Positions 17,392 to 27,000 of a DNA stretch of 64,000 nt are shown piece after piece. The DNA lies in assembly GCA_964655475.1 (NCBI GenBank), contig CAZZMO010000003.1:1329-65328 (forward strand). The letters are read 5' to 3'. The DNA comes from an uncultured bacterium (GTDB lineage: Bacteria; Chlamydiota; Chlamydiia; Chlamydiales; VGMA01). Under the pieces are notes generated by a model. That model had not been told where the DNA came from, did no database searches, and was given only the letters and a program-made list of their open reading frames with translations. The position numbers and the translations under genes were made by a program. Positions within the stretch are counted from its first letter, which is position 1. Each line of letters opens with the position of its first letter.

Positions 17392-18399
17392 TTGATATAC
17401 CGTTTCTGTTTTTTCCTTCTATTATTTGTTGTATCAGATCTAACCGCAAAGCCTCAATCTATTGTTGTGATTGGAGGAGGTCCTACAGGACTTGGGATTG
17501 CGATTGAAGCACGCCAATTAGGCATAGAAGTCATTTTAGTTGAAAAACGGAGCTCTTATACCCGGCAAAACGTCTTATTTCTATACCCTTCGAGTCTAGC
17601 TTTGTTTGATGCTTGGGGAGTTTCTGTTCCTATGATGGAAAGGCCCGAGTATAAAGGGGAAGAGAGAGGACTTGTCCTCATTCATTATTTAGAAGAAGCG
17701 CTCAGAGAAAGAGCAGAGATTCTAGGGGTTGAAGTCGTTGAAGGGGAGTATATCGATTTTATTGAAGATGCCCCTATCGCTTTGATCCAGACAGAAGCAG
17801 GTAAAAAGCGAGTTTTTTATGACCTTCTGATCGGAGCTGATGGCACGCATAGCAAAGTGAGAGAGCAGCTGCAGATTGATAATCTCTTGCTTGGAGAGGC
17901 GATGGGAATCATCTCTGATATCCCTAAAGAAAACCTCGATAAAGAAGTCACCGTCGAAAATTTGATCCATGATGATGCGTTTGCAAAAAGGGTCTTTGTA
18001 CCTCATTCTACTTTGGTCTTTATGCAAACGGTTCCGAAAAAGATGACACTTGATTTTGCATTAGTGAAGATGATTCAGATTGCTTCAGAGCTAGGATGGA
18101 ACGAGGAAGTTGCAAAGATGATGCAAGGGGAACTTTCTTTAATAGAAAATGTCCCCATTTATCTACAGCGCTCTAGCACCTTTTCAGACCCTAAAAAAAA
18201 GGCCATCATCATCGGCGATGCTGCCGCTTCCGCAAGTTTTTACCAAGGAACAGGGGCAAATTTTTCTCTGAAAACAACACAAATAGCAAAAGAGCTTTTA
18301 GAAAGCGATCTCGACCTAGCCTCTTTTGAGAAATTCAATCAGATGATGTCCAAAGAAGTCGATTGGCTCATTGATATCAGCCTCCCACTATTTCAATAA
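17392..18399 (+). CDS. FAD-dependent oxidoreductase/monooxygenase with a signal-like leader
   Basis: The dinucleotide fold IVVIGGGPTGLGIA comes directly after MIYRFCFFLLLFVVSDLTAKPQ. Also contains GADGTHSKVR and GDAAASASF. TTG start. Confidence 0.65.
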   Translation: MIYRFCFFLLLFVVSDLTAKPQSIVVIGGGPTGLGIAIEARQLGIEVILVEKRSSYTRQNVLFLYPSSLALFDAWGVSVPMMERPEYKGEERGLVLIHYLEEALRERAEILGVEVVEGEYIDFIEDAPIALIQTEAGKKRVFYDLLIGADGTHSKVREQLQIDNLLLGEAMGIISDIPKENLDKEVTVENLIHDDAFAKRVFVPHSTLVFMQTVPKKMTLDFALVKMIQIASELGWNEEVAKMMQGELSLIENVPIYLQRSSTFSDPKKKAIIIGDAAASASFYQGTGANFSLKTTQIAKELLESDLDLASFEKFNQMMSKEVDWLIDISLPLFQ

Positions 18400-19011
18400 G
18401 ATCCTCATCACCGTCGCTTCATGATTTTGAAAAGGCCGCTTTTCCATTACTTCAGCGCCCCTTTTGACGTACCAATCTACTCTCTCGGGGTTAGACGTAT
18501 AAAAATAGAGCGTTTCGTATCCCATTACTTTTATGGCATCTTGTGCAAATTGCAACAGCTCGTTGCCGATTCCCTGATTTCTTGCTTCAGGAGAGACATG
18601 TAATCCCCCAAGCCAAAGAGACTCTGCTGGAAAATCCAAAAATTCAGGCTCTTTTCTCCTCTTAAGAGAGATTGCTCCCACAGGAAGTAAGCTCTTGTTT
18701 AAAACAACAAAAGTCATCGGAATCTGATCAACATTCAGCCGCTTATTCAATGATTGAATTAGTTTTTCCATAGTGAGCTCTGAGCCATAAGGAGTCCATT
18801 CATCATAGGTCCACTTGGCTAAGTGAGGGATCACCTCAGGTGCATTTTTCAAAAAGTCGAGCTTAAGAGCCCTCGGAAAAAAGAACCGCTCATTGAACTG
18901 CTGGATCATCTTCTCTAACATAAGCCAATTATGTGTAGAGGAACCCTTTTTTAGGAACCAGATTTTTCCTTTGAAAAAATCGACCGGCTGCCTTATATAA
19001 ATTGGAAACAA
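18388..19011 (-). CDS. GNAT-family N-acetyltransferase
   Basis: Acetyl-CoA motif HVSPEARNQGIGNELL. The start is uncertain: TTG at 19011, first ATG at 18921. Confidence 0.65.
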   Translation of the reverse strand: MFPIYIRQPVDFFKGKIWFLKKGSSTHNWLMLEKMIQQFNERFFFPRALKLDFLKNAPEVIPHLAKWTYDEWTPYGSELTMEKLIQSLNKRLNVDQIPMTFVVLNKSLLPVGAISLKRRKEPEFLDFPAESLWLGGLHVSPEARNQGIGNELLQFAQDAIKVMGYETLYFYTSNPERVDWYVKRGAEVMEKRPFQNHEATVMRILLK

Positions 19012-19029
19012 TCTGATTAGGAGAGAGAT

Positions 19030-19890
19030 ATGCGCAGTTTAGGGATCTTTTACTTCACATTACTTTGCACTTTTTCACTGAATGCAGAAAAAGTTGTTTT
19101 AATTTCAGGAAGTACTGGTGGGATTGGAGAGGCTACTGTGTGCGCTTTTCAAAAAGAGGGGTGGAGTGTTTGGGCTGGATATCGTAGTCACATTCCCGAT
19201 TCCTTTAGAGATCAAAACAATATCCATCCTATCTATTTGGATGTCAGAGATCCTGAATCGATCAATTCTTCTATCAAAGAGATTATCAAAGCAGAAGGGA
19301 AGATCGACCTTCTCATTAACAATGCAGGATATGGAATCCTTGGATCAGATGAACTCATTGCTCCTGAAGAAATAGAAAAGCTCTTTGAAGTGAACTTTTT
19401 TGGAGCGCTGAGGCTGATCCAACAGGTTGCCCCTTTCATGAAGAAAGAACATTCAGGCCATATCATTAATATCAGTAGCACCTCAGGAGTGAGAGCCGTT
19501 CCAGGTCTTGGAGCCTACGCTGCTTCTAAATTTGCTCTTGAAGGCCTTAGCGAAGCGCTAGCCGTCACCCTTTCTCCATGGAATATCCATGTAGTCGTTG
19601 TCGAACCAGGAACAGTCAAGAATGATTGGGCCTCCCATTGTCAATCTGACCATTCAAAACTCGCAGCTAATCTCCTTCAAAAACTCACCACCCTCGCAAA
19701 AAATGGACAAGAGCCGAGAGATATTGCATCCCTCCTCCTCCGTATCGCTAATGATCCTCATCCTGACATGCGCTACCAAACTTCCCCCCAAGTGCAAACC
19801 ACCCTCAAAGAGAAGCTCGTCGACCTCTCAGGAAACGCCATGCGAGAGAAGCAAACCACATTTTTCGACTCCCTTATGAAGGATCACTAG
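19030..19890 (+). CDS. SDR-family oxidoreductase with a signal-like leader
   Basis: ISGSTGGIG (TGxxxGxG), NNAG and YAASK are the classical SDR motifs. They are preceded by MRSLGIFYFTLLCTFSLNAEK. Confidence 0.8.
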   Translation: MRSLGIFYFTLLCTFSLNAEKVVLISGSTGGIGEATVCAFQKEGWSVWAGYRSHIPDSFRDQNNIHPIYLDVRDPESINSSIKEIIKAEGKIDLLINNAGYGILGSDELIAPEEIEKLFEVNFFGALRLIQQVAPFMKKEHSGHIINISSTSGVRAVPGLGAYAASKFALEGLSEALAVTLSPWNIHVVVVEPGTVKNDWASHCQSDHSKLAANLLQKLTTLAKNGQEPRDIASLLLRIANDPHPDMRYQTSPQVQTTLKEKLVDLSGNAMREKQTTFFDSLMKDH

Positions 19891-20194
19891 AGACAATATC
19901 CTCAAGCAGCTCCAGCCTGAGCCCCCACAAGGTGTTAGCACAACTCGTGATCTTCAGCCCACCTTTCATCATATTTTCGACCCAGGGGTCTAATTGCAGC
20001 GAGACAACTTTGAGCCCCGTTTCTTCAAGTAATTCACGCGTTGCAGAAGTTTCAGTCCTTTCCCCAAATTCTAAGTGCCCCCCAGGAAATCCCGAGCAAC
20101 CAACAACATGCGATTCCATTCTCTTCCCGAGAACTACCTTATTGTCTTTCTCTACCACACACCCAACCCCCACCCGCGGCCGTCTCTCAGACAT
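19874..20194 (-). CDS. NUDIX hydrolase paralog, shortened C-terminal half (possibly degenerate)
   Basis: The Nudix box GGHLEFGERTETSATRELLEETG is intact. It is collinear with the NUDIX at 33798-34217 up to WVENMMKGG, then lacks about 20 aa. Its ends overlap the neighbouring genes on both sides. Confidence 0.5.
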   Translation of the reverse strand: MSERRPRVGVGCVVEKDNKVVLGKRMESHVVGCSGFPGGHLEFGERTETSATRELLEETGLKVVSLQLDPWVENMMKGGLKITSCANTLWGLRLELLEDIVSSDPS

Positions 20195-20756
20195 CACTCC
20201 CATCCACAGTAGCACAAATGTTAGACACAACTCCCTTCAGAGCTTCCTCATAAGACTCGATTAAACATGGGTTTTTTATATTAAATTCAGGCATCCCATA
20301 GTAATATTTTATACAACCTCTCCGAGTCACAATAAAACTTATGTTGGGGACATCGACTTCAGAGTAGTCTGGCTTAAAAAAAAGAAGAGAAATTTCAACA
20401 TTCTTCGCAATAAAAGGGTAATTCGCTAGGTAAGGACGAACTTTTTCATTCCTATTCACCTCATTTACAAAGGTTTCAACAGCATAAACAATCAACTCTC
20501 TCGCTTCATCAAGCGATACATCTCTAAATCCTTGAAAGCTTAAGGCAAGCATTTGAATTTCATTCATCATTTGCCCTCCCGTTCCCACGAGATAAAGCTC
20601 TTTTTCAGTCGTAATTTGACGAGCAACTTTCATCATAATTCGATTAGTAAGAGTTTCTTTTTTTGATATCATATATCCCAAAGGAGTCAGGGGCAAGGTA
20701 TAGAACAACACTCCAAAAACAATGCACCCTATTATCCACCACTTATTGCGTTTCAA
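20187..20756 (-). CDS. Rhs-associated immunity-like membrane-anchored protein, array copy 3
   Basis: Paralog of 20770-21330 and 21344-21904. TM anchor WWIIGCIVFGVLFYTLPLTP. TTG start preceded by GAAGGA. Its C-terminus diverges from the other copies. Confidence 0.6.
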   Translation of the reverse strand: MKRNKWWIIGCIVFGVLFYTLPLTPLGYMISKKETLTNRIMMKVARQITTEKELYLVGTGGQMMNEIQMLALSFQGFRDVSLDEARELIVYAVETFVNEVNRNEKVRPYLANYPFIAKNVEISLLFFKPDYSEVDVPNISFIVTRRGCIKYYYGMPEFNIKNPCLIESYEEALKGVVSNICATVDGSDV

Positions 20757-20769
20757 CGGAATGTCCTTC

Positions 20770-21330
20770 TTAATTGGCTAAGGCCTTATCCTTTGCAGTG
20801 GTAAGAATTTTTAAGCTTTCATCATACTTTTCCACGAGCATTGGATTCCAGAGGTCATATGCGGGTCTTCCCGGATAGTACTCTATTTTTCCTCTGTTAT
20901 TAAAAATGTAAAAAATATGATTTGGACCCACACTAGTGTAGTCATTATTGTAAAACCAAATGCGAATTTCAATATTCTTCGCAGTAAAAGGGTAATTCGC
21001 AAGGTAAGGACGGGTTTTTTCATTCGCATTTACTTCATTTACAAAAGTCTCTACAGCATAAACAATCAGTTCTCTCGCTTCATCAAGCGATACATCTCTG
21101 AATCCGTCAAAACTTAAAGCAAGCATTTGAATTTCATTCATCATTTGGGCTCCCGTTCCGATGAGATAAAGCTCTTTTTCAGTCGTAATTTGACGAGCAA
21201 CTTTCATCATAATTCGATTAGTGAGAGTTTCTTTTTTTGCTATCATATATCCCAAAGGAGTCATGGGCAAGGTATAGAACAACACTCCAAAAACAATACA
21301 GCCTATTATCCACCACTTATTGCGTTTCAA
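20770..21330 (-). CDS. Rhs-associated immunity-like membrane-anchored protein, array copy 2
   Basis: The N-terminal ~100 aa are nearly identical to copies 1 and 3. TTG start preceded by GAAGGA. Confidence 0.6.
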   Translation of the reverse strand: MKRNKWWIIGCIVFGVLFYTLPMTPLGYMIAKKETLTNRIMMKVARQITTEKELYLIGTGAQMMNEIQMLALSFDGFRDVSLDEARELIVYAVETFVNEVNANEKTRPYLANYPFTAKNIEIRIWFYNNDYTSVGPNHIFYIFNNRGKIEYYPGRPAYDLWNPMLVEKYDESLKILTTAKDKALAN

Positions 21331-21343
21331 CGGAATGTCCTTC

Positions 21344-21904
21344 TTAATTGTCTAAGGCCTTATCCTTTGCAGTGGTAAGAATTTTTAAGCTTTCATCATA
21401 CTTTTCCACGAGCATTGGATTTCTGAGGTTATATGCAGGTTCTCCTGGATAATATTCTATTTTTCCTCTGTTGTTAAAAATAAAAGAAATGTAATTTGAG
21501 TCAACCATAGAATAATCTAGTTTATTAAACCAAATGCGAATTTCCACATTCTTTTCTGTAAAAGGATCGTTTGCTAGATAAGGTTTAATCTTCTTACATG
21601 AATTGACTTCATTCACAAAGGTTTCTGTAGAGAAAACGATTAATTCTCTTGCTTCATCAAGCGATATATCTCTGAATCCATCAAAACTCAAAGCAAGCAT
21701 TTGAATTTCATTCATCATTTGTGCCCCAGTTCCTACAAGATAGAGCTTCTTTTCAGCTGTAATCTTACGAGCTACTTTCATCATAATTCGATTAGTGAGA
21801 GTTTCTTTTTTTGATATCATATATCCCAAAGGAGTCAGGGGCAAGGTATAGAATAATACTCCAAAAATAATACACCCTATTATCCACCACTTATTATTTT
21901 TCAT
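21344..21904 (-). CDS. Rhs-associated immunity-like membrane-anchored protein, array copy 1 (cognate position for the orphan toxin)
   Basis: Its ATG overlaps the stop of the orphan Rhs-CT ORF (ATGA, 4-nt overlap). It is homologous to 23460-24002 (shared LVG.G.QMMN.I.MLAL.F, Y...PF.A.N). Confidence 0.6.
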   Translation of the reverse strand: MKNNKWWIIGCIIFGVLFYTLPLTPLGYMISKKETLTNRIMMKVARKITAEKKLYLVGTGAQMMNEIQMLALSFDGFRDISLDEARELIVFSTETFVNEVNSCKKIKPYLANDPFTEKNVEIRIWFNKLDYSMVDSNYISFIFNNRGKIEYYPGEPAYNLRNPMLVEKYDESLKILTTAKDKALDN

Positions 21905-23271
21905 TTAAAATCTCCTGATTGGTCGATAAACTGGTTTATGTGGTTAGATATTTTTTTAGTAAATGTTGGGCTGTTAAAGGCGTGGTCGAATTTGGGGGCA
22001 GAGGGGTGGGAATCTAGGAAGGTGATTTCGTGCGCATGAAAAGGGTCGTTAAATATTGCATGCCAAACAACAAAGTCCCATTTTGTTGCATAATTAAAGG
22101 ATAGATAACACAGCTCGTTAGGGATGATCGCACCGGGGGCAATGGCGAGGGAGATGACGCGATTGCGAACTTCGGGGGAGGCCATCATGAGGGCATTTCT
22201 CACTTGGATGGAACCTCCGCTGTGACTGCCTAAAAACATTTTTGCGTCGGGTGGGGCGGTTTTGTGAAACCGTTGCATTTCTCTAAGGATCAAAAAGCTC
22301 ACATTTGTTGGCATGATTTTTGATGCTAGTAGGCATTCGAGGCTATCGATGGGAGCGGAATCTGTCTGATTGTGGATGCCACGCACTAAGACTCCACCCC
22401 CAAGATTGCTGAGCATTTGCGCGTGTTGTTTGGCGTCTTTCAAACTAGTATTGATACCATTTACAAAATAGATTTCAGCGAATGTTAGCTTTTTTGTCCC
22501 TACTTCGTAAAGAGAAGAAGTTAGGGGTTCAGGGGGATTGAGGTTAAAGCGGAACTGATCGTTAAGGTGGTTGAGATTGGTATTAAAGAGGACAGAATAG
22601 AGCCCTGTGAAGTCGGTGAAGCGGAAGGGGTTGTTGCGGACGAAGGTATAGAGGTTGACGACATCGATAGGGCCGAGGGGATCGGGGGTGGCCCAGCGGT
22701 TTGTTGTGGGGTTGTAGTAGCGTTTGCCGAAGTAGATGAGGTTGGTTTCTTTGTCGTGGTGTTTGAAGGCATAGCGGTAGGGGTTTTCGATGGATTCAAA
22801 GATGTAGATGGGGATGCCAAAGGGATCGAATTCGTAAGAGTTAATGATGGTGTGGGTTTTGGGATCGACGAGATAGCGGAGGGTGTGGGTTGCATCGAAG
22901 AGGGGAATAGCAAGGGTTCCATGGAGATCGAGGAGGACGTTTGCTATTTTTAGAGTAGTGGTCGTGCCGATCTCTTCGAGGCCATCGTAGAGGTAAAGCT
23001 CATCTCCTTTGGAGAGGCGCCTACCGAGGGCATCGTAGGTAAAGTGGATGAGGCCTGCTTGGATCAATCGATCATGTTCATCGTAGGTGAGGGGAAGTCC
23101 GTTAGCGGCTCTGAGATTACCCGTTGCTGGAACGTCAGGAAGATCGTAGTGGGAATCAAACTCACCTCCTAGCTGAGAAAGTTCATCATAGTTATAGGAA
23201 TTAGGGGTAGCAAAGGTGAGATTTCCAAGGGGATCGTAGTGACACTCCTGGGAAAGATGGGGCATGGTCAA
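21901..23271 (-). CDS. orphan Rhs C-terminal module: last ~220 aa of the Rhs core plus a divergent alpha/beta-hydrolase-like toxin domain
   Basis: Residues 4-228 are near-identical to the full-length Rhs core end (PHLSQECHYDPLGN...NPFRFTDFTGL). The tip then differs, carrying VNGINT, GSHSGGS and DHAF. TTG start at 23271, or ATG at 23265. Confidence 0.7.
   Translation of the reverse strand: MTMPHLSQECHYDPLGNLTFATPNSYNYDELSQLGGEFDSHYDLPDVPATGNLRAANGLPLTYDEHDRLIQAGLIHFTYDALGRRLSKGDELYLYDGLEEIGTTTTLKIANVLLDLHGTLAIPLFDATHTLRYLVDPKTHTIINSYEFDPFGIPIYIFESIENPYRYAFKHHDKETNLIYFGKRYYNPTTNRWATPDPLGPIDVVNLYTFVRNNPFRFTDFTGLYSVLFNTNLNHLNDQFRFNLNPPEPLTSSLYEVGTKKLTFAEIYFVNGINTSLKDAKQHAQMLSNLGGGVLVRGIHNQTDSAPIDSLECLLASKIMPTNVSFLILREMQRFHKTAPPDAKMFLGSHSGGSIQVRNALMMASPEVRNRVISLAIAPGAIIPNELCYLSFNYATKWDFVVWHAIFNDPFHAHEITFLDSHPSAPKFDHAFNSPTFTKKISNHINQFIDQSGDFK
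22591..23262 (-). repeat. 672-nt Rhs core-end repeat, orphan copy
   Basis: Aligns nucleotide-for-nucleotide with 24716-25387, with long identical runs across roughly the 3'-proximal 400 nt. Visibly more G+C-rich than its flanks. Confidence 0.85.
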
Positions 23272-23459
23272 ACCAAGAAGCGTCTGGATGAGGATCTAAA
23301 AAAGTCATTAGGAATTTTCCGATGCACTGATTAAAATGCTTCTTATTTTAAGAATTCAATCTTGACTTCCTTGCTCTGCCTTAGAAGGGTTTGCAAAAGC
23401 AATCTTAAAGAAGTGAGAGTGGTTAGTTCCTTTATACTTACTGATGTGTAAAAATAACT

Positions 23460-24002
23460 TTAATAAGTAGTCATGATTTTCACTGCTTCTTCGTAACTTT
23501 CCTGATAGAAGAGGATTCTTGGATAATTTTTAATAATATTATCGCGGTAATAAAAAAGTGTGCCATCAATAGCAGATATGTAATAAAGTTTGTGCTTTTC
23601 CACATTAGATCCATCAGGTTTGTGAACATAAATACCAATGTTAATATTATTGGCTGTGAAAGGGTATGGCTTTAGATAGCGGCGTAGTTCTTTGCTTTGA
23701 TTGATTTGATTGAGATAGGTTTGGACAGCAGTGATTAGAAGATGTCTTGCTTTCGGTAAATCTACCTCTTCCGCATATTCGAATTTTAATGCCAACATTT
23801 CAATTCCGTTCATCATCTGCCCACCGCTCCCTACCAATAGCAACTTCTCTTCAATAAGTAATTTTTTTGCTGTAACCTCTCTGATTTGTGCTACGATCAA
23901 ACTTTCTCTGGACGCAGTATTTTTATGTGGAGTCAGATTAGGTAATCCCAATAATATTGTGTTATTTACAAGAAATATTGATAAAAATAGATAAATTTTC
24001 AT
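23460..24002 (-). CDS. immunity-like protein cognate to the full-length Rhs toxin (signal/anchor plus conserved core)
   Basis: Its ATG shares one nt with the Rhs stop (TAATG). 180 aa. It is homologous to the three array copies but divergent. Confidence 0.6.
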   Translation of the reverse strand: MKIYLFLSIFLVNNTILLGLPNLTPHKNTASRESLIVAQIREVTAKKLLIEEKLLLVGSGGQMMNGIEMLALKFEYAEEVDLPKARHLLITAVQTYLNQINQSKELRRYLKPYPFTANNINIGIYVHKPDGSNVEKHKLYYISAIDGTLFYYRDNIIKNYPRILFYQESYEEAVKIMTTY

Positions 24003-27000
24003 TAGTTTTTCCTGTTCATATATTCTTCAACGTTGTCTTTTAGTTGGGGTTGATAAGTTTGGCTATCCCAATTGTGGTCGTTCCATTTATTCGAACTAGG
24101 GTGTGGGTTAAGGTATATAAGTTGAGGTTTTAACTTAGGGGTCATTACAGTTGCCAACAACGCCACTAGATCGTTCGTACTAGCATAATTATAGGCTCTA
24201 TAGCATAGCTGTCCATCGATAATTGCGCTAGGACCCAGAGCTACGGTATAAAGACGATTGCGAATGATAGAGGGAGAAAAATATAGCGTATTCCTTATTT
24301 CTGTTGTGCCACCACTGTAGCCGCACAAGAAAAATTTCGCTGAGGGGGGTCTATAGGCATGTTCTACGGTGAGAGTACCGAAGAGGTGTCTTTCTACAGG
24401 GGATAGCGGCATGTAAATAGGCCGAGCTCTTACCGAGTACTCAAAAAGATCACAAGCACCGCCGTTAGATGGGTTATAGATTCCAATGGTCTTTGTATCT
24501 CCAGCATATTCACTAATTGTTTGTATGGCGTGCTCTGTTCTGCTAATAGGAGAGTTGATTCCATGTATGTAAATCAGACATTTATCTATACGGTTAAAAT
24601 TTCCTGCGTAGATGGATTTGACGCGATCAGCTTTTTGCTCTGAAAGTGCAATAGCGTGGCTGTAGGGATACTTTGTGTGGTCGATATTGTGATTGAGTTC
24701 AAATTGTTGATAGGGGACGGAATAGAGCCCGGTGTAGTCGGTGAAGCGGAAGGGGTTGTTGCGGACGAAGGTGTAGAGGTTGACGACGTCGATGGGGCCG
24801 AGGGGATCGGGGGTGGCCCAGCGGTTTGTTGTGGGGTTGTAGTAGCGTTTGCCGAAGTAGATGAGGTTGGTTTCTTTGTCGTGGTGTTTGAAGGCATAGC
24901 GGTAGGGGTTTTCGATGGATTCAAAGATGTAGATGGGGATGCCAAAGGGATCGAATTCGTAAGAGTTAATGATGGTGTGGGTTTTGGGATCGACGAGATA
25001 GCGGAGGGTGTGGGTTGCATCGAAGAGGGGAATAGCAAGGGTTCCATGGAGATCGAGGAGGACGTTTGCTATTTTTAGAGTAGTGGTCGTGCCGATCTCT
25101 TCGAGGCCATCGTAGAGGTAAAGCTCATCTCCTTTGGAGAGGCGCCTTCCGAGGGCGTCGTAGGTAAAGTGGGTGGTTCCGGCTTGGATGAGGCGATCGT
25201 GATCATCGTAGATAAGGGAAAGTCCGTTGGCAATGGAAAGGTTTCCTGTCAAAGGGGCGTCAGGAGGATCGTAGTGGGAATCAAACTCACCTCCTAGCTG
25301 AGAAAGTTCATCATAGCTATAGGAATTAGGGGTAGCAAAGGTGAGGTTACCGAGGGGATCGTAGTGACACTCTTGGGAAAGATGGGGTGCTTTGATCTTT
25401 AGGATTTGCCCTTGGGCATCTCGCGTATAGGTCGTCGGGCCACTTTTTAATAGATGTCCTGCTTGATTATATGAGTATTCATGAGTGTAGTCTTTGTATG
25501 AAATGCTTTTGAGTCGAAGATCGTAGGTGTAGAAAACAGTTCCCGTTGGTAGCTTCATGGTAAGAGGGCGGTCGAGATCGTCGTAAGTTTTAGTGATCGA
25601 GAGTCCATTCGAAAAGGTTTCTTGAAGAACATTTCCAAAAGGGTCTATGTTCCGAACAAATCCAGTCCCCTTAATGAGATGTCCTAATTTGTTGTATTCA
25701 AAGGTGTCAGAACCGTTAGAGAGAATGTTCCCTAAGCGATCGTAGGTGTACTCAATCGAAGTCCCGTCTGGTTTGATTTTTGTTTTGCTTGCACGGTCAT
25801 ATAGGTAGGTTGTGATCTCCCCATCTCGGTTGACTGAAGCGAGTTTATTCGTCGGGGTGTAGCTATATTCAGTAATGAGCGTTTTAAGGAGAGTCCCCTG
25901 TTTATAGACCTCTTCTTCTTGGCGGATGAGATTACCCGCAAGGTCATACGTATATCGGAAGGTTTGGATGTTCGGGATCACTTTCGAGATGAGGTTTTCA
26001 TAGATGTCGTATGTTTCTATCGTGACAGTTCCCTTGGGATCTCTCGTGATTTTTTGAAGACCTTGATACTCAATCGTTGTAGTGTTTCCGAGGGGATCAG
26101 TATGAGCGATTAAACGTTTTAGAGGGTCGTAGGTAAAGGTTTCTGTTGAGTCACCATTTGTGATGGAAGATTGATTTCCATCTTCATCGTAGGTGTATCG
26201 GGTTTTTGAGTAGGGAGTCGATTCTTCGATGATGCGATCTAAAAAGTCGTAGGTGTAAGTAGTGGTGATCCCACCTTTATTCATGTGGGCCAAGCGGCTG
26301 AGGGAATCATATGCATATTCAATCACCCGATTACACCGCTCTTCTCTGATTTTGCGTCCTAATTCATCATAGGTGTATTCGGTTCTATACCCTTCAAGAT
26401 CGGTCCATGACAGTAAGCGGTAGGGATCATATGTGTAAGTCTCTTCGCCAATCCCTTCATAGATCTTCGATGTGACTCTTCCAAAAGAATCATATTCATA
26501 TCTAATCCTATTTCCATCGAGATCGGTGTGCTCTTTTAAAAGACCGTTTGGATAATAGCTGTAAGATTCTGAGGTGTTGTCAGGGTAGTCGATTTTTAGT
26601 GGTTGGTTTCTCGCATTGTACGAATAGTAGGTGGTATGTCCATTTCCATCTGTTTTACTAATCTCTCTTCCGTAGATGTCATAAGAGGACTCTGTCACCC
26701 GGTTTCCATGAATGGTTTTGATGAGATGCTTGTCTTGATAGGTGTAATAGGTAGTGCCGAAACGATCTGTTTTTTCTATTAGATTGTCAGCTTTATCGTA
26801 CTTATAGGTAGTTGTATAAAGAGCATCGGAGAATTTTTTTAGACGACCCCGTTTGTCATACTCCATCTTCTGGTAAGGTTTTGAAGAAGAAGTCATTCTC
26901 CCTTCGTGGTCGTAAGTATAGAGAAACTTTTGACCTAGAGCGTTCGTCTCTGAAACGACATTGCCCCTTGGGTTATACTCTCGATAGATCGAATAGAGAA

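Larger units (their letters stand above)
20187..21904 (-). repeat. tandem triplication, 574-nt period (immunity gene plus 13-nt spacer)
   Basis: Gene starts at 21904, 21330 and 20756 are exactly 574 nt apart. The spacer cggaatgtccttc and the flanking gene ends are conserved between units. Confidence 0.8.

Noticed and set aside
20187-21904. The regular 574-nt periodicity could superficially suggest a CRISPR-like or satellite array.
   Set aside because: The units are full-length protein-coding paralogs with conserved starts and SD sequences. There is no short repeat/spacer organisation and no cas genes.
22521-25078. Pro/Thr/Ser-rich ORFs (22521-22922-, 24586-25047-) and Gly/Val/Glu-rich plus-strand ORFs (22567-22953, 24656-25078). 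They look like paired low-complexity genes.
   Set aside because: They are alternative frames of the duplicated G+C-rich Rhs core-end repeat. They appear twice only because the repeat does. The YD-repeat frame is the real one.
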